From Nitrospira sp. (GTDB lineage: Bacteria > Nitrospirota > Nitrospiria > Nitrospirales > Nitrospiraceae): a stretch of DNA of 64,000 nt. Made by a program: the position numbers and the translations under genes. The notes beneath the pieces are model-generated. The model did no database searches. It was not told where the DNA came from and was given only the letters and a program-made list of their open reading frames with translations. The stretch spans positions 121,877-185,876 of the forward strand of contig JBJACV010000007.1 in assembly GCA_046604365.1 (NCBI GenBank). The letters run 5' to 3'. Of the stretch, positions 37,090 to 45,906 are shown one piece after another; position 1 is the first letter of the stretch, and each line of letters begins with the position of its first letter.

Positions 37090-39972
37090 GTGTTACTTTT
37101 CACCGGTTCCGCTCTCCTGCTTCTTGGCATCGCGGTCTGGCGTCTTGTCCGGCAACGCCGAGAGTGCCGGTTCCAGTCCAAAGTCATCGCAGCTACCGGT
37201 TGCGGCGTGGTGATGACCGATGCCAGGGCGTCCCATCATCCCGTGACCCGCGTGAATCCTGCCTTTCGGTTACTGACCGGCTATACGGACAGCGAGATTG
37301 TGGGCAAGACGATGGCCATCCTGGCCGGTCCGGGGACCGATCGGGCCTCGGTGGAAAAGCTTGAGTTGGCTCTCCAGCAGGGGAGGGCCTGCCGGGTCTG
37401 TCTGCTCCACTACCGTAAGGACGGCACTCCTTTTGTGAATGAAATTACCCTCTCTCCGGTAAAAGGTCGAGCCGGGCGTCTGATCGCGATGGTGTGGGTG
37501 ATGATTGACGTCACACGATGCCGGGAGGCAGAGAGTGTCCCCATCAATGCACTCGACCATTTGCGCCATCACGACATAGCCAGAACCGAAGTGCATCAGG
37601 AATCAGTCCGGTCTTCTGCCTGCTTTGGAAGGTGGGAGCGGGATGTTCGTACCGGCGTGGAAATATGGTCCGATGAACAATGCCGCATGTTTGGCTATGA
37701 GCCTGGCACGATCCTGCCCACGTATGACACGTTCAAGGCCGCCATTCACCCTGAAGACCGTGGGCGAGTCCTCGACGCCGGTGAACGCTCGCTTGTCTTG
37801 GATGAGCCCTTTGATGTGGAATGTCGAATCGTTCAGCCCAGCGGGAGCATTCGCGCCGTCCATTTTCGAGGACTGGTCATTCGCAACCTCGCCGGCGAAC
37901 CCATTCGCTTCTTAGGGATCGTTCAAGATCAGACGGTCGGTGCGTTGCTCGACAAGTCGGCGAAGGAGCAGGATCTGTTATTCAGACAGGTCGTGGAATC
38001 TGCCCCCAACGGTCTGCTGATGGTCGACCAGGACGGCGTCATCTCGATGGCCAATACGCAGATTGAACATATGTTCGGCTATTCCCGCGACGAATTGCTG
38101 GGCAGGCCGGTGGCCACTCTCTTTCCCGCGCGCGACCGCACGGCCCTTGAAATAGCGAGGGCGGAGTCGTTGTCAACTTCCGCTGCCCGTCCTATGGGGC
38201 AGGGGATGGAATTGCGCGGGCTGCGTCACGATGGTTCTGAATTTCCTGTCGAGATCGGCCTGAACCCCGTCGCCATGGCTTCGGGGACTTCGCTGTTGGT
38301 CGCGGTCATTGATATCACAGCCAGACGCCAGGCGGAACGCCAGCTCCGGGAAAGCGAAGAACGACTCGATCTCGCCGTTCGCACCGCGCAGATCGGCATC
38401 TTTGAGCATGATCACCAAGCCGATACGCTCTATTGGTCGCCGGTGCTGCGGTCAATCTACGGTGTGAGCGTGGATGAGCCCGACCTTCTTCAACACTATA
38501 GCGAACTCGTCCATGAAAGCGATCGAGAGAAAGTCTTTTCCGCGGTCAAGGAAGCCCATGACCCGTCAGGCAATGGGCAGTTCCAGGTCGAACACCGGAT
38601 CGTCAGACCGGATGGGGAAGTTCGGCATGTCAGCCTGAATTCCCGCACCTGGTTCGATAGGGAAGGGGCGGCGCCTGTGCTCAGACGCACGGTTGGGATC
38701 GTCATCGATATCACCGATCGCAAAAAGGTCGAAGCGTCTCTGCGCATTGCGTCGAAGATGACGGCGATCAGCACACTCTCCGGCGGAATTGCGCATGAGT
38801 TCAACAACAGCCTGACGGCGGTGCTCGGTTTCAGCCATCTGGCACTCCCGCTGATTCCCAAAGACAACAAGGCACATCATTATATCCAACAAGTGCTGTC
38901 CGCCGGAATGGAATCGCGTGAGCTGGTCCATCAGCTGTTGACGTTCAGCCGGCAGAGCGAACAAGTCCGGCATCCCCTTCCTCTCCATTTGTTGGTCAAA
39001 GAAGCGATCAAACCTCTGCGTTCCACGATCCCTTCCTCGATCGAACTCAAAGAGCAGATTGATACATCGACCAGTCCTGTCTTGGCCGATACGGCTCAGA
39101 TGCATCAGATGATCATGAATTTGGCGGACAATGCCATCCATGCTATGAGGAAGACCGGAGGAATTCTGGAATTCCATCTCCACGACAAGGAGATCGAGAC
39201 CGATCAGGTCACGCCGTCGGGCCGACTCGCGGCCGGACGCTACGCCTGTTTGACTGTTCGAGATTCCGGCGAAGGCATGGAGCCGGCGGTTGCTGATCGA
39301 ATCTTCGAGCCGTTCTTTTCCGGCAAGCCATTGGGTGAGGGCCGGGGAATGGGGTTGTCCGTCGTCCATGGGATTGTGACGGCGCATGGAGGGAGCGTCG
39401 TAATCGACAGTCAGATCGATGTCGGCACAGTGGTGTCGGTCTATATTCCCGTGCTGTCGCGTTCTGCCGCAGTAGTTCCTGCGCCAGATGACTCACTCCC
39501 GCGCGGACGCGAATGCGTCCTGTTCGTCGCGGCCGAGGAATCTTTTGTCCGGTCTGGACAGAAAATACTGGAGTCGCTCGGGTACCGTCTGATCGTACTT
39601 ACCAGTGGAACAGCGGCCTGGCAGGCGTTCGGTCTTGCTCCGCAACGCGTGGATCTCTTGATTGCCGATCTGACCCTGCCCGATATGTCGGCGGATCGTT
39701 TGGCTCACCGATGCCGGCAACTGCGGCCGGATCTGCCAGTGATCTTCTGCGCCGGTTCAGAGCAGGCGCTGTCTGATGAAGACGATCGTGTGAGTGGAAT
39801 TGTCGAAGTCGTTCCGAAGCCGCTCATCGTGCAGGATCTGGCGCATAGGATTCGGCGGGTCTTGGATAGTCGAGCTGCGGCCTGTCCACCATCGACTGAA
39901 CCGCTGATGCAAGGCGAAGAGCGATCACAGTTGTCGCGAGAGGGGTTCGATGCCGTCAGTTCTCGTTATTGA
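37090..39972 (+). CDS. Membrane-anchored hybrid sensor histidine kinase: TM, LOV-like PAS, three further PAS, HisKA, HATPase_c and receiver
   Basis: 960 aa from a GTG start, with one N-terminal hydrophobic helix (LLFTGSALLLLGIAVWRLV). The first PAS aligns without gaps to LOV domains. The H-box is GIAHEFNNSLTAVLGF, the ATPase has DSGEGM and GRGMGLSVV, and the C-terminal receiver has LLIADLTLPDMS. Confidence 0.85.
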   Translation: MLLFTGSALLLLGIAVWRLVRQRRECRFQSKVIAATGCGVVMTDARASHHPVTRVNPAFRLLTGYTDSEIVGKTMAILAGPGTDRASVEKLELALQQGRACRVCLLHYRKDGTPFVNEITLSPVKGRAGRLIAMVWVMIDVTRCREAESVPINALDHLRHHDIARTEVHQESVRSSACFGRWERDVRTGVEIWSDEQCRMFGYEPGTILPTYDTFKAAIHPEDRGRVLDAGERSLVLDEPFDVECRIVQPSGSIRAVHFRGLVIRNLAGEPIRFLGIVQDQTVGALLDKSAKEQDLLFRQVVESAPNGLLMVDQDGVISMANTQIEHMFGYSRDELLGRPVATLFPARDRTALEIARAESLSTSAARPMGQGMELRGLRHDGSEFPVEIGLNPVAMASGTSLLVAVIDITARRQAERQLRESEERLDLAVRTAQIGIFEHDHQADTLYWSPVLRSIYGVSVDEPDLLQHYSELVHESDREKVFSAVKEAHDPSGNGQFQVEHRIVRPDGEVRHVSLNSRTWFDREGAAPVLRRTVGIVIDITDRKKVEASLRIASKMTAISTLSGGIAHEFNNSLTAVLGFSHLALPLIPKDNKAHHYIQQVLSAGMESRELVHQLLTFSRQSEQVRHPLPLHLLVKEAIKPLRSTIPSSIELKEQIDTSTSPVLADTAQMHQMIMNLADNAIHAMRKTGGILEFHLHDKEIETDQVTPSGRLAAGRYACLTVRDSGEGMEPAVADRIFEPFFSGKPLGEGRGMGLSVVHGIVTAHGGSVVIDSQIDVGTVVSVYIPVLSRSAAVVPAPDDSLPRGRECVLFVAAEESFVRSGQKILESLGYRLIVLTSGTAAWQAFGLAPQRVDLLIADLTLPDMSADRLAHRCRQLRPDLPVIFCAGSEQALSDEDDRVSGIVEVVPKPLIVQDLAHRIRRVLDSRAAACPPSTEPLMQGEERSQLSREGFDAVSSRY

Positions 39973-40351
39973 TGATGAGGATCGGATACGCAGTCTTATC
40001 CGGGAAGTTCTGGAGCAGGCCGGGTATGTCGTCGAGGAGGCACGTGGCGGGAAGGAAGGACTGGAACGATATCGGGCTCGCCAAGCCGACGTGGTGATCA
40101 TGGATATCTTGATGCCCGACCAAGATGGTCTGGAAAGCATGGTGACTCTGCACCGTGAATTTCCCTCCTCTCGCGTGATCGCAATGACCGGCGGCGGTGA
40201 CATGATCGGTATCCTGAATTTCTTGGATGTCGCCAAGATGCTGGGCGCCAGCCGAACTCTTCAGAAACCGTTTGACGTAAATGTCCTACTCGAGGCCGTT
40301 GCCGCCGAAGCCGGTGTGTCTTCGGCCCGTACGGTTCCGTCACCTCATTGA
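39950..40351 (+). CDS. Single-domain CheY-like response regulator
   Basis: 133 aa. VLVIDDEDRIRSLI, VVIMDILMPDQDGLE, and ...LQKPF. The start overlaps the end of the hybrid kinase gene by 23 nt. Confidence 0.85.
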   Translation: MPSVLVIDDEDRIRSLIREVLEQAGYVVEEARGGKEGLERYRARQADVVIMDILMPDQDGLESMVTLHREFPSSRVIAMTGGGDMIGILNFLDVAKMLGASRTLQKPFDVNVLLEAVAAEAGVSSARTVPSPH

Positions 40352-40406
40352 CATCGCATTGGGTCCGCAGTCAGACTTGGCCTTCTACGCGGCTGTCTGA
40401 CACACG

Positions 40407-40829
40407 ATGATCATCCTGAATCTCATCCTGGGAACCCTTGTCACGACCATTGGGTTTTGGATTCTCCAGGGGGCTGCCTCTCAGGGTATCGTGGCGCTCT
40501 GGGCTTTCACGGTGGGGGGATTTCTGTGGTGGAGGGTTCGGTCCATTACGGAGCTCTGGGCTTGGGCGACGCTCTTGCTCGGCTTGGAAAGTTTTGCCTG
40601 GCCGATACACGTGATGATTCAGCTCAAGGGTGTTTCTGAAACGCCTTCCCAAGACCAGATGGAAACGATGCTCATGGCCGTCGTACTGGGCCTGTTCTCT
40701 TCCGTATTTTGGATCGCCTTTTCATACGGTCTGTTCAAACGGACGTGGGCAGCTTCCACAGATGCGACGGACCATCCTTCTCAAACGAGGCATGTGTCTC
40801 CACCGACCGTACGGAAAAAGTCCCGATAA
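40407..40829 (+). CDS. Hypothetical integral membrane protein (about four TM segments)
   Basis: 140 aa with four hydrophobic stretches and a Trp-rich loop. It is co-directional with, and 55 nt downstream of, the CheY-like gene. No family recognised. Confidence 0.5.
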   Translation: MIILNLILGTLVTTIGFWILQGAASQGIVALWAFTVGGFLWWRVRSITELWAWATLLLGLESFAWPIHVMIQLKGVSETPSQDQMETMLMAVVLGLFSSVFWIAFSYGLFKRTWAASTDATDHPSQTRHVSPPTVRKKSR

Positions 40830-40831
40830 CC

Positions 40832-43102
40832 TTATCCCATCTCAACGGGATCTATATCGACGACGAACTTGACCTGCCCTCTTCGGTATGTGCCTTCCAT
40901 TCGCTCCACCGATCCCTGTATGAGACGGCATAAGAGCGGACGATCGGTTCCCTTTACAAGAATCTGATGCCGATGATGCCCTTTCGGCAGGCGTCCCATG
41001 GCGGACACAGGCCCTAACAGGGTGATCGATGCGCTTCCGTCCAGAGACCCCTCAAGACAGCTCTTCCACTCTAGCGCAGCAGCTTCAACGTCTTGCCGGT
41101 TTCTTCCTGATGCTGAAAGGGTGGCCAGGTGACAGGCCGGTGGATAGTTGAGCAGACGCCTCGCTGCCAGTTCCTCATCATAAAATCGGCGCGGGTCGAC
41201 GGACAGTATTGCCTGCACGGCATGGTGGGAGGGAAGCCGTGTCTGTACGATGACCCGGCCTCCCTCCGTCGCCTGCCGACCACAACTCACGGCTTTGTCC
41301 AGAAGTTGGTACGTGTGTTCCGCGGCGCGAAAGTCCGGAACATGCAAACCTGAATCAGCGTGAAGGATCCCCACCAACCCCCTGCGCGGGAACGGTTCCC
41401 GCTGAAACAGTGCCTGTGTGCCGATTAGGATGTCCCATGTTCCTAACCGGACTCCTTCCCAGAGGTCGCGCGCGGCAGCTGCACGATGCAATCTGCTGCC
41501 ATCCAGCCGCGCGATCTTCGCCTGGGGAAACAACCGCCGGGTGTCGAGCTCGACACGCTCGGTTCCGTCTCCGACGGTATTGAATCGGGCGGCTTTACAA
41601 ATCGGGCAGGATTGCGGCAAGGTATCGGTCTTCCCGCAATAGCGGCAGGTCAAATTTCCTGCTTCGCGTGAGTAGGCAAGGGTGACCGCACAGGAGGGGC
41701 AGCGCGGCATCCAGCCGCAGTCTCGGCAGACCAGCGTTCTGGCGTAGCCTTTACGATTCAAGAAGAGCAGGACGCCCGCCTTGCGTTCCAAGGCTTCCTG
41801 TATTGCCGCCACAAGCTTGCCGCTCAACAGGGTCCCTCCAGGCTCCTGGTTGAGATCGACGAGCTCGATCGATGGTCGGCGGGCCGGTTCTGGTGAAATG
41901 GCATAGGTTTCGGCACTCGGGTCACATGCCGATTCGAGCGACGGATGGGCGGACGCGAGCACCACCAGCGCACGTTCTCCTTTGGCCCTCATCCAGGCGA
42001 CTTCTCGGGCGTGGTAACGCGGTTCTTGGGGCTCCTTGAAAGCCGGATCTTCTTCTCTGTCCACCCAAATGAGTCCGATCGATGGGAGCGGCGCGAATAC
42101 TGCCGAGCGAGTTCCAACAATCACCGATGGCGTTGTACCCTGTTTGGCTGTCCGGTTGTCCGATGCCGGCGACGTGGGAACGATGGTGATTGGGAGATCT
42201 GTAAGGGTGGAGAGAAGCCGTCCGAGCCATTCTGCTCTGGCAATCTCGCCGGCCAGAATGATGGCTGATTTGCCGATTGCGTGCGTCTGCTGGATGGCAT
42301 CGGCAAGCAGGCTGACTCGATCTTCCCATGGGGCGCACAAGACGATCTTCCGTGCTTGATTGGATTGAAGACAGGCGGCCACACGAGTGGTCCATGACCG
42401 ATCAGGTTCCGTTCGCACCTTCTCAAGCAGTGCCCGATCGGCTTCTCCTGCTCGATCATCTTTCTGGGCGATTGGTTGTGTTTGTCGTTTGGGAACCGCG
42501 GTCTTGCCTACCGGTGAAACAGTGGCGACCACCCAGGATAGTTGTTCGAGAGCCTTGACCGTTTTACGACTGGTTTGATCGCGGGCTTTGAGAAGAGTGG
42601 ATGACAGCAGGCCTCTGGCTTGCCGCGCGATACGGTTCAGCATGGGTCGTAAATGGTCCGGACAAGTTCCAGAAGCCAGCACGGTGCGCCCCTGATCGGT
42701 GGCCACGTATCGCGGAGGTCTGGCCTGTTTTGCAGGAGTATTCGACAGGACAAGCCGGAGACACTGGCCCCAGGGTGCGACATAGTACTCTGCGATAGCG
42801 CGAGACAGATCGAGTCGCGCGGGCGAAAGATCGGGATTGTCGGTTCCGCCGGCCAGAGATCTGATTTCCTTGAGATAGGCAGCCTTCATCCCCATAGGGG
42901 GCTGATCACTGAGTGAGATCACCGCTCCTTCGAGCATTGATGAGCCGAACGGGACAAGGACCCGTTGGCCTACGGCGAGTGTCTGCGCCAATGCCGGAGG
43001 TACGACATAGGTGAAGGCCTTGGCGATATGACGGGGGACGATGACGTCGGCATAGAGAGTTGGAGTTGCATGGACAGGAAGGCTGCGTTCATCGAGAGGC
43101 AT
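40832..43102 (-). CDS. priA: Primosomal protein N' (PriA) homolog with degenerate ATPase/helicase motifs
   Basis: 756 aa. N-terminal 3'-DNA-binding-like region (ADVIVPRHIAKAFTYVVP..GQRVLVPFGS), PRYHAREVA, a Cys-rich zinc module (CRDCGWMPRCPSCAVTLAYSREAGNLTCRYCG..CPICKA), and a C-terminal domain. Walker A and DEEH positions are not conserved (see findings). Confidence 0.85.
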   Translation of the reverse strand: MPLDERSLPVHATPTLYADVIVPRHIAKAFTYVVPPALAQTLAVGQRVLVPFGSSMLEGAVISLSDQPPMGMKAAYLKEIRSLAGGTDNPDLSPARLDLSRAIAEYYVAPWGQCLRLVLSNTPAKQARPPRYVATDQGRTVLASGTCPDHLRPMLNRIARQARGLLSSTLLKARDQTSRKTVKALEQLSWVVATVSPVGKTAVPKRQTQPIAQKDDRAGEADRALLEKVRTEPDRSWTTRVAACLQSNQARKIVLCAPWEDRVSLLADAIQQTHAIGKSAIILAGEIARAEWLGRLLSTLTDLPITIVPTSPASDNRTAKQGTTPSVIVGTRSAVFAPLPSIGLIWVDREEDPAFKEPQEPRYHAREVAWMRAKGERALVVLASAHPSLESACDPSAETYAISPEPARRPSIELVDLNQEPGGTLLSGKLVAAIQEALERKAGVLLFLNRKGYARTLVCRDCGWMPRCPSCAVTLAYSREAGNLTCRYCGKTDTLPQSCPICKAARFNTVGDGTERVELDTRRLFPQAKIARLDGSRLHRAAAARDLWEGVRLGTWDILIGTQALFQREPFPRRGLVGILHADSGLHVPDFRAAEHTYQLLDKAVSCGRQATEGGRVIVQTRLPSHHAVQAILSVDPRRFYDEELAARRLLNYPPACHLATLSASGRNRQDVEAAALEWKSCLEGSLDGSASITLLGPVSAMGRLPKGHHRHQILVKGTDRPLLCRLIQGSVERMEGTYRRGQVKFVVDIDPVEMG

Positions 43103-43210
43103 GCGGCATTGTAGCAGCGCAGGAAAAGGGAGAACAACGTCGCGGGCGGCAGGCGGTTGTCACATCCGGTTTTTCAACCAGCGACGAACCGCCGTGAGCA
43201 AGAATGAGGG

Positions 43211-44872
43211 CTAGAAGCTTGCCGGACCGGCCGGCTGCTGAGGATCTTGCTGGCTCGGACTTGATGACGGAGCACCACCCGTGTTGGGGTTACTTGAGGA
43301 CGCTGTCCCATCCCCTGCCCCTACCTGCGGCTGTTGTTGGCCGGCAGATGATGCAGCCTCACCTGTGTTCGGGTTGCTCGGTGGTGTCGTCCCATCTCCG
43401 GCAGAAGCCTGCTGTTGTTGGCCGATAGAGAGAGTGCCGGCTCCCGGGTCCAGGGGGACGGCCTGAGGAGTGCTCAGTTGGCCGTTCGTCCCTCGTGCGC
43501 TCAGACCGGAAGAATCGTGTCCTTGCTTCTGCGCCTGATCGCGAACATCGGCTGTGGGGGCTTGAGGGTCAGTATCCGGTTCATAGAGCAGAATTTCCAC
43601 CCGACGGTTTTTCGTACGGCCTTCCTCATTGGTATTGGTGGCCGCCGGCTTGCTGTCGCCGTAGCCCACGGCACTGACCCGAGCCGAATCCAATCCGCCC
43701 TTTTCCACGAGATATCGGAGGACGCCGCCGGCGCGGGCGTTGGCGAGGTCTACATTGCTCGGATAGCGAGATTTCAGCGAGGGACCGATCTCTACGTTAT
43801 CGGTATGGCCTTCCACCCGAATCAGCCTGGTATCGCCGCTGGTGAGCAGATGTTCGATCACTTGGTCCAATACTGCGTAGCTTTCAGGTTTGATCGCCGC
43901 TTCGCCGGACTCATAGCGAAGGAAGCTTGCCACGTCGCCTAAGTTGATGCGGCTCTGTCCGGACGCATCTTGTGTTTGCAATTTGCCGGCGACGAGATCG
44001 GCCGAAGCGGCATCCGGTTGCCCTCCTCGCGTCCGGTCTAGTTGTTCTACCTTGGCCGAGGTCGGAGCGATTTCTACCGGCTGAACGACCGGAGCCGAAT
44101 ATCCGACAAGCTTGAATCGGTCCCCCTTGAACACGCGGGTATTGGCTTTGGTGACTCGCGCGGTCGCCGTGTGTTCCTCGGTCGACAAGACTTTGAGTTG
44201 CCCGATCTTTCTTGCGGGGATTCCCACGCTGTGGCGGTGGATATCCATGAGATCGCCGGCCTTGAGCCCGTCCGCGCTTCCGCGGTCCACGTACACGATA
44301 TCGAATTGCGACACCAAGGTCATCGGTTTATCTACTTGTAGTTCGATGATCATGCCGCTGAGCTCGGCGACATCCGATGTCAGACTGGCTCCTGCATCGG
44401 ATGCCGGCGGCGGGATAAACCGCATCACGGAATCGCCCGGAGCGATCTGTCCATAACTTGTGATGGCCTCTACTGTTGCGAGCGCACCATCGGTCTCGAT
44501 CACTCGCACCACCGCCAGCCGAAGCACGACAAAGCCGAGGTATTCTTGCGTTATCGGATGGAAGACTTTGCGCGCACGTTTGTAGACGGTAAAGAGATCG
44601 CCGACTGCCACCTCAGCCGGGTGATCGAGCTTGAGGTAGAGAATATCCCGCCGTGCCAGGAGCATGCGATTGCCCGACGATTGGTTATCCCCGGTGATCA
44701 AATTCACGATACCGTCACGGGGGGTCACTTTTTGAATCACACCGCTTGCGAAGGTAACCGCTGGCTCACCATAGCGAACCATGTCGGCATGCTGGGCTTG
44801 AGCTGTTCCTTGGTCCAGTGACAGGCTGATCCCCATGGATAGGATAAGGACGAATGGTGTCAGAGGTTTCAT
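43211..44872 (-). CDS. OmpA-family peptidoglycan-binding protein with duplicated N-terminal beta-rich domain and repetitive Gln/Pro/Gly/Ser tail
   Basis: The ATG at 44872 (AAGGAA upstream) gives the signal peptide MKPLTPFVLILSMGISLSLDQGTAQA. The OmpA-like domain reads RVEGHTDNVE..SNVDLANARAGGVLRYLVEKGG..RVSAVGYGDSKP..NRRVEILL. The track ORF's extra 82 N-terminal residues look non-coding. Confidence 0.75.
   Translation of the reverse strand: MKPLTPFVLILSMGISLSLDQGTAQAQHADMVRYGEPAVTFASGVIQKVTPRDGIVNLITGDNQSSGNRMLLARRDILYLKLDHPAEVAVGDLFTVYKRARKVFHPITQEYLGFVVLRLAVVRVIETDGALATVEAITSYGQIAPGDSVMRFIPPPASDAGASLTSDVAELSGMIIELQVDKPMTLVSQFDIVYVDRGSADGLKAGDLMDIHRHSVGIPARKIGQLKVLSTEEHTATARVTKANTRVFKGDRFKLVGYSAPVVQPVEIAPTSAKVEQLDRTRGGQPDAASADLVAGKLQTQDASGQSRINLGDVASFLRYESGEAAIKPESYAVLDQVIEHLLTSGDTRLIRVEGHTDNVEIGPSLKSRYPSNVDLANARAGGVLRYLVEKGGLDSARVSAVGYGDSKPAATNTNEEGRTKNRRVEILLYEPDTDPQAPTADVRDQAQKQGHDSSGLSARGTNGQLSTPQAVPLDPGAGTLSIGQQQQASAGDGTTPPSNPNTGEAASSAGQQQPQVGAGDGTASSSNPNTGGAPSSSPSQQDPQQPAGPASF
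43259..43423. repeat. Two imperfect ~81-84-nt tandem repeats within the OmpA-family gene tail
   Basis: They encode GQQQQASAGDGTTPPSNPNTGEAASSA and GQQQPQVGAGDGTASSSNPNTGGAPSSS. The DNA units are visibly similar (for example CCCGTGTTGGGGTTACTTGAGG vs ACCTGTGTTCGGGTTGCTCGGTGG). Confidence 0.6.
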
Positions 44873-45442
44873 AGAGAGGTTCCTTATATAGGGCGTGTGT
44901 GTCTTTGCAAACCATAGCAAATCATGCTGTCTTGTCAAGAATTTGAGCATTTGGCTCATGGTTTGACGGAGGTTTTTCTGAGTGTTATGGTGTCTCGGCT
45001 TGCCGGTACCTGTCCATGCAACGCTGTGAAGGGATAGTTTATGAACGGACGTCGCGATCAAGACCCGGCGATGCCATTCGGCGATCGGAAGAAAACCAGG
45101 ATCGAGACACAGATTCATCGGCGGCGGAAGGCCAAGGCTTCCGGTCCGATGGAGTCAGAGTGGGATATTTCTCAACCGCAGCCGTCTGCCCAGTTACGGA
45201 TGGTTCCTTCAGCGGGACAGACTCGGAGCCGAACCTAATCCACACCCAAAAGTATTCGCAGACTCATGGGCCTGTCGAGTTCCGACAGATGCCTTTGCAA
45301 ATACAGTGGAGTTCGCGCATTGATCCATCCCCAATTTTATGTTCGCTTTAGCCTTTACAGGAGCGTGTGCTCCTATCTCGTCGTAGCATGAATCGGAATA
45401 TCTAGGGCTTTAGGGGCCGGTTCTGTTAGGTCCTTTGTTCGC

Positions 45443-45472
45443 TTGCTATCCCTAGGATCGAGGCTCTAAAAT
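45443..45472 (+). promoter_or_regulatory. Candidate sigma-70-like promoter for the nuo operon
   Basis: TTGCTA (45443-45448), 18-nt spacer, TAAAAT (45467-45472), about 25-45 nt upstream of the possible nuoA starts. Found by eye only. Confidence 0.3.
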
Positions 45473-45494
45473 TTCGATTCTTCTTTCAAGGTCA

Positions 45495-45899
45495 ATGCCT
45501 TGTGAGGCAAGGGCGATGGGCGATACTGATCAGCTCCTTGATTATTTAACCAAGTTTTTTCCGATCCTGTTCTTCATTTTCGTCGCGCTTGCGTTCGGGG
45601 TGCTGACGTTGGTGATCAGCTATTTTGTTCAGCCCAGGTATCCGGAGCCTGAAAAACTATCGACCTATGAATGTGGCGCCGAACCGTTCTCTGATGCCCG
45701 TATGCCGTTCCCGGTGCGCTACTACATTTTTGCGATGTTGTTCGTCATTTTCGATATTGAAGTAATCTTTCTCTATCCATGGGCGGTAGTCTTTACCAAA
45801 ATTGGGCTGATCGGTTTGATTGAGATGATCATTTTTATCGCCCTGTTCGTTGTGGCCTATGTGTATGCCTGGCGGAAGGGTGCGCTGGAGTGGGACTGA
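45495..45899 (+). CDS. nuoA: NADH-quinone oxidoreductase subunit A
   Basis: [41 protein letters not shown] is the NuoA signature. The start may be the ATG at 45516 (MGDTDQL, GAGG upstream). Confidence 0.9.
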   Translation: MPCEARAMGDTDQLLDYLTKFFPILFFIFVALAFGVLTLVISYFVQPRYPEPEKLSTYECGAEPFSDARMPFPVRYYIFAMLFVIFDIEVIFLYPWAVVFTKIGLIGLIEMIIFIALFVVAYVYAWRKGALEWD

Positions 45900-45906
45900 G
45901 GTTTAT

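Noticed and set aside
44873-45118. 82-aa N-terminal extension of the OmpA-family ORF, and the plus-strand ORFs at 45016-45351 and 45041-45238
   Set aside because: A good signal peptide and an AAGGAA RBS define the start at 44872. The other ORFs lack RBS-like sequences and have implausible composition.
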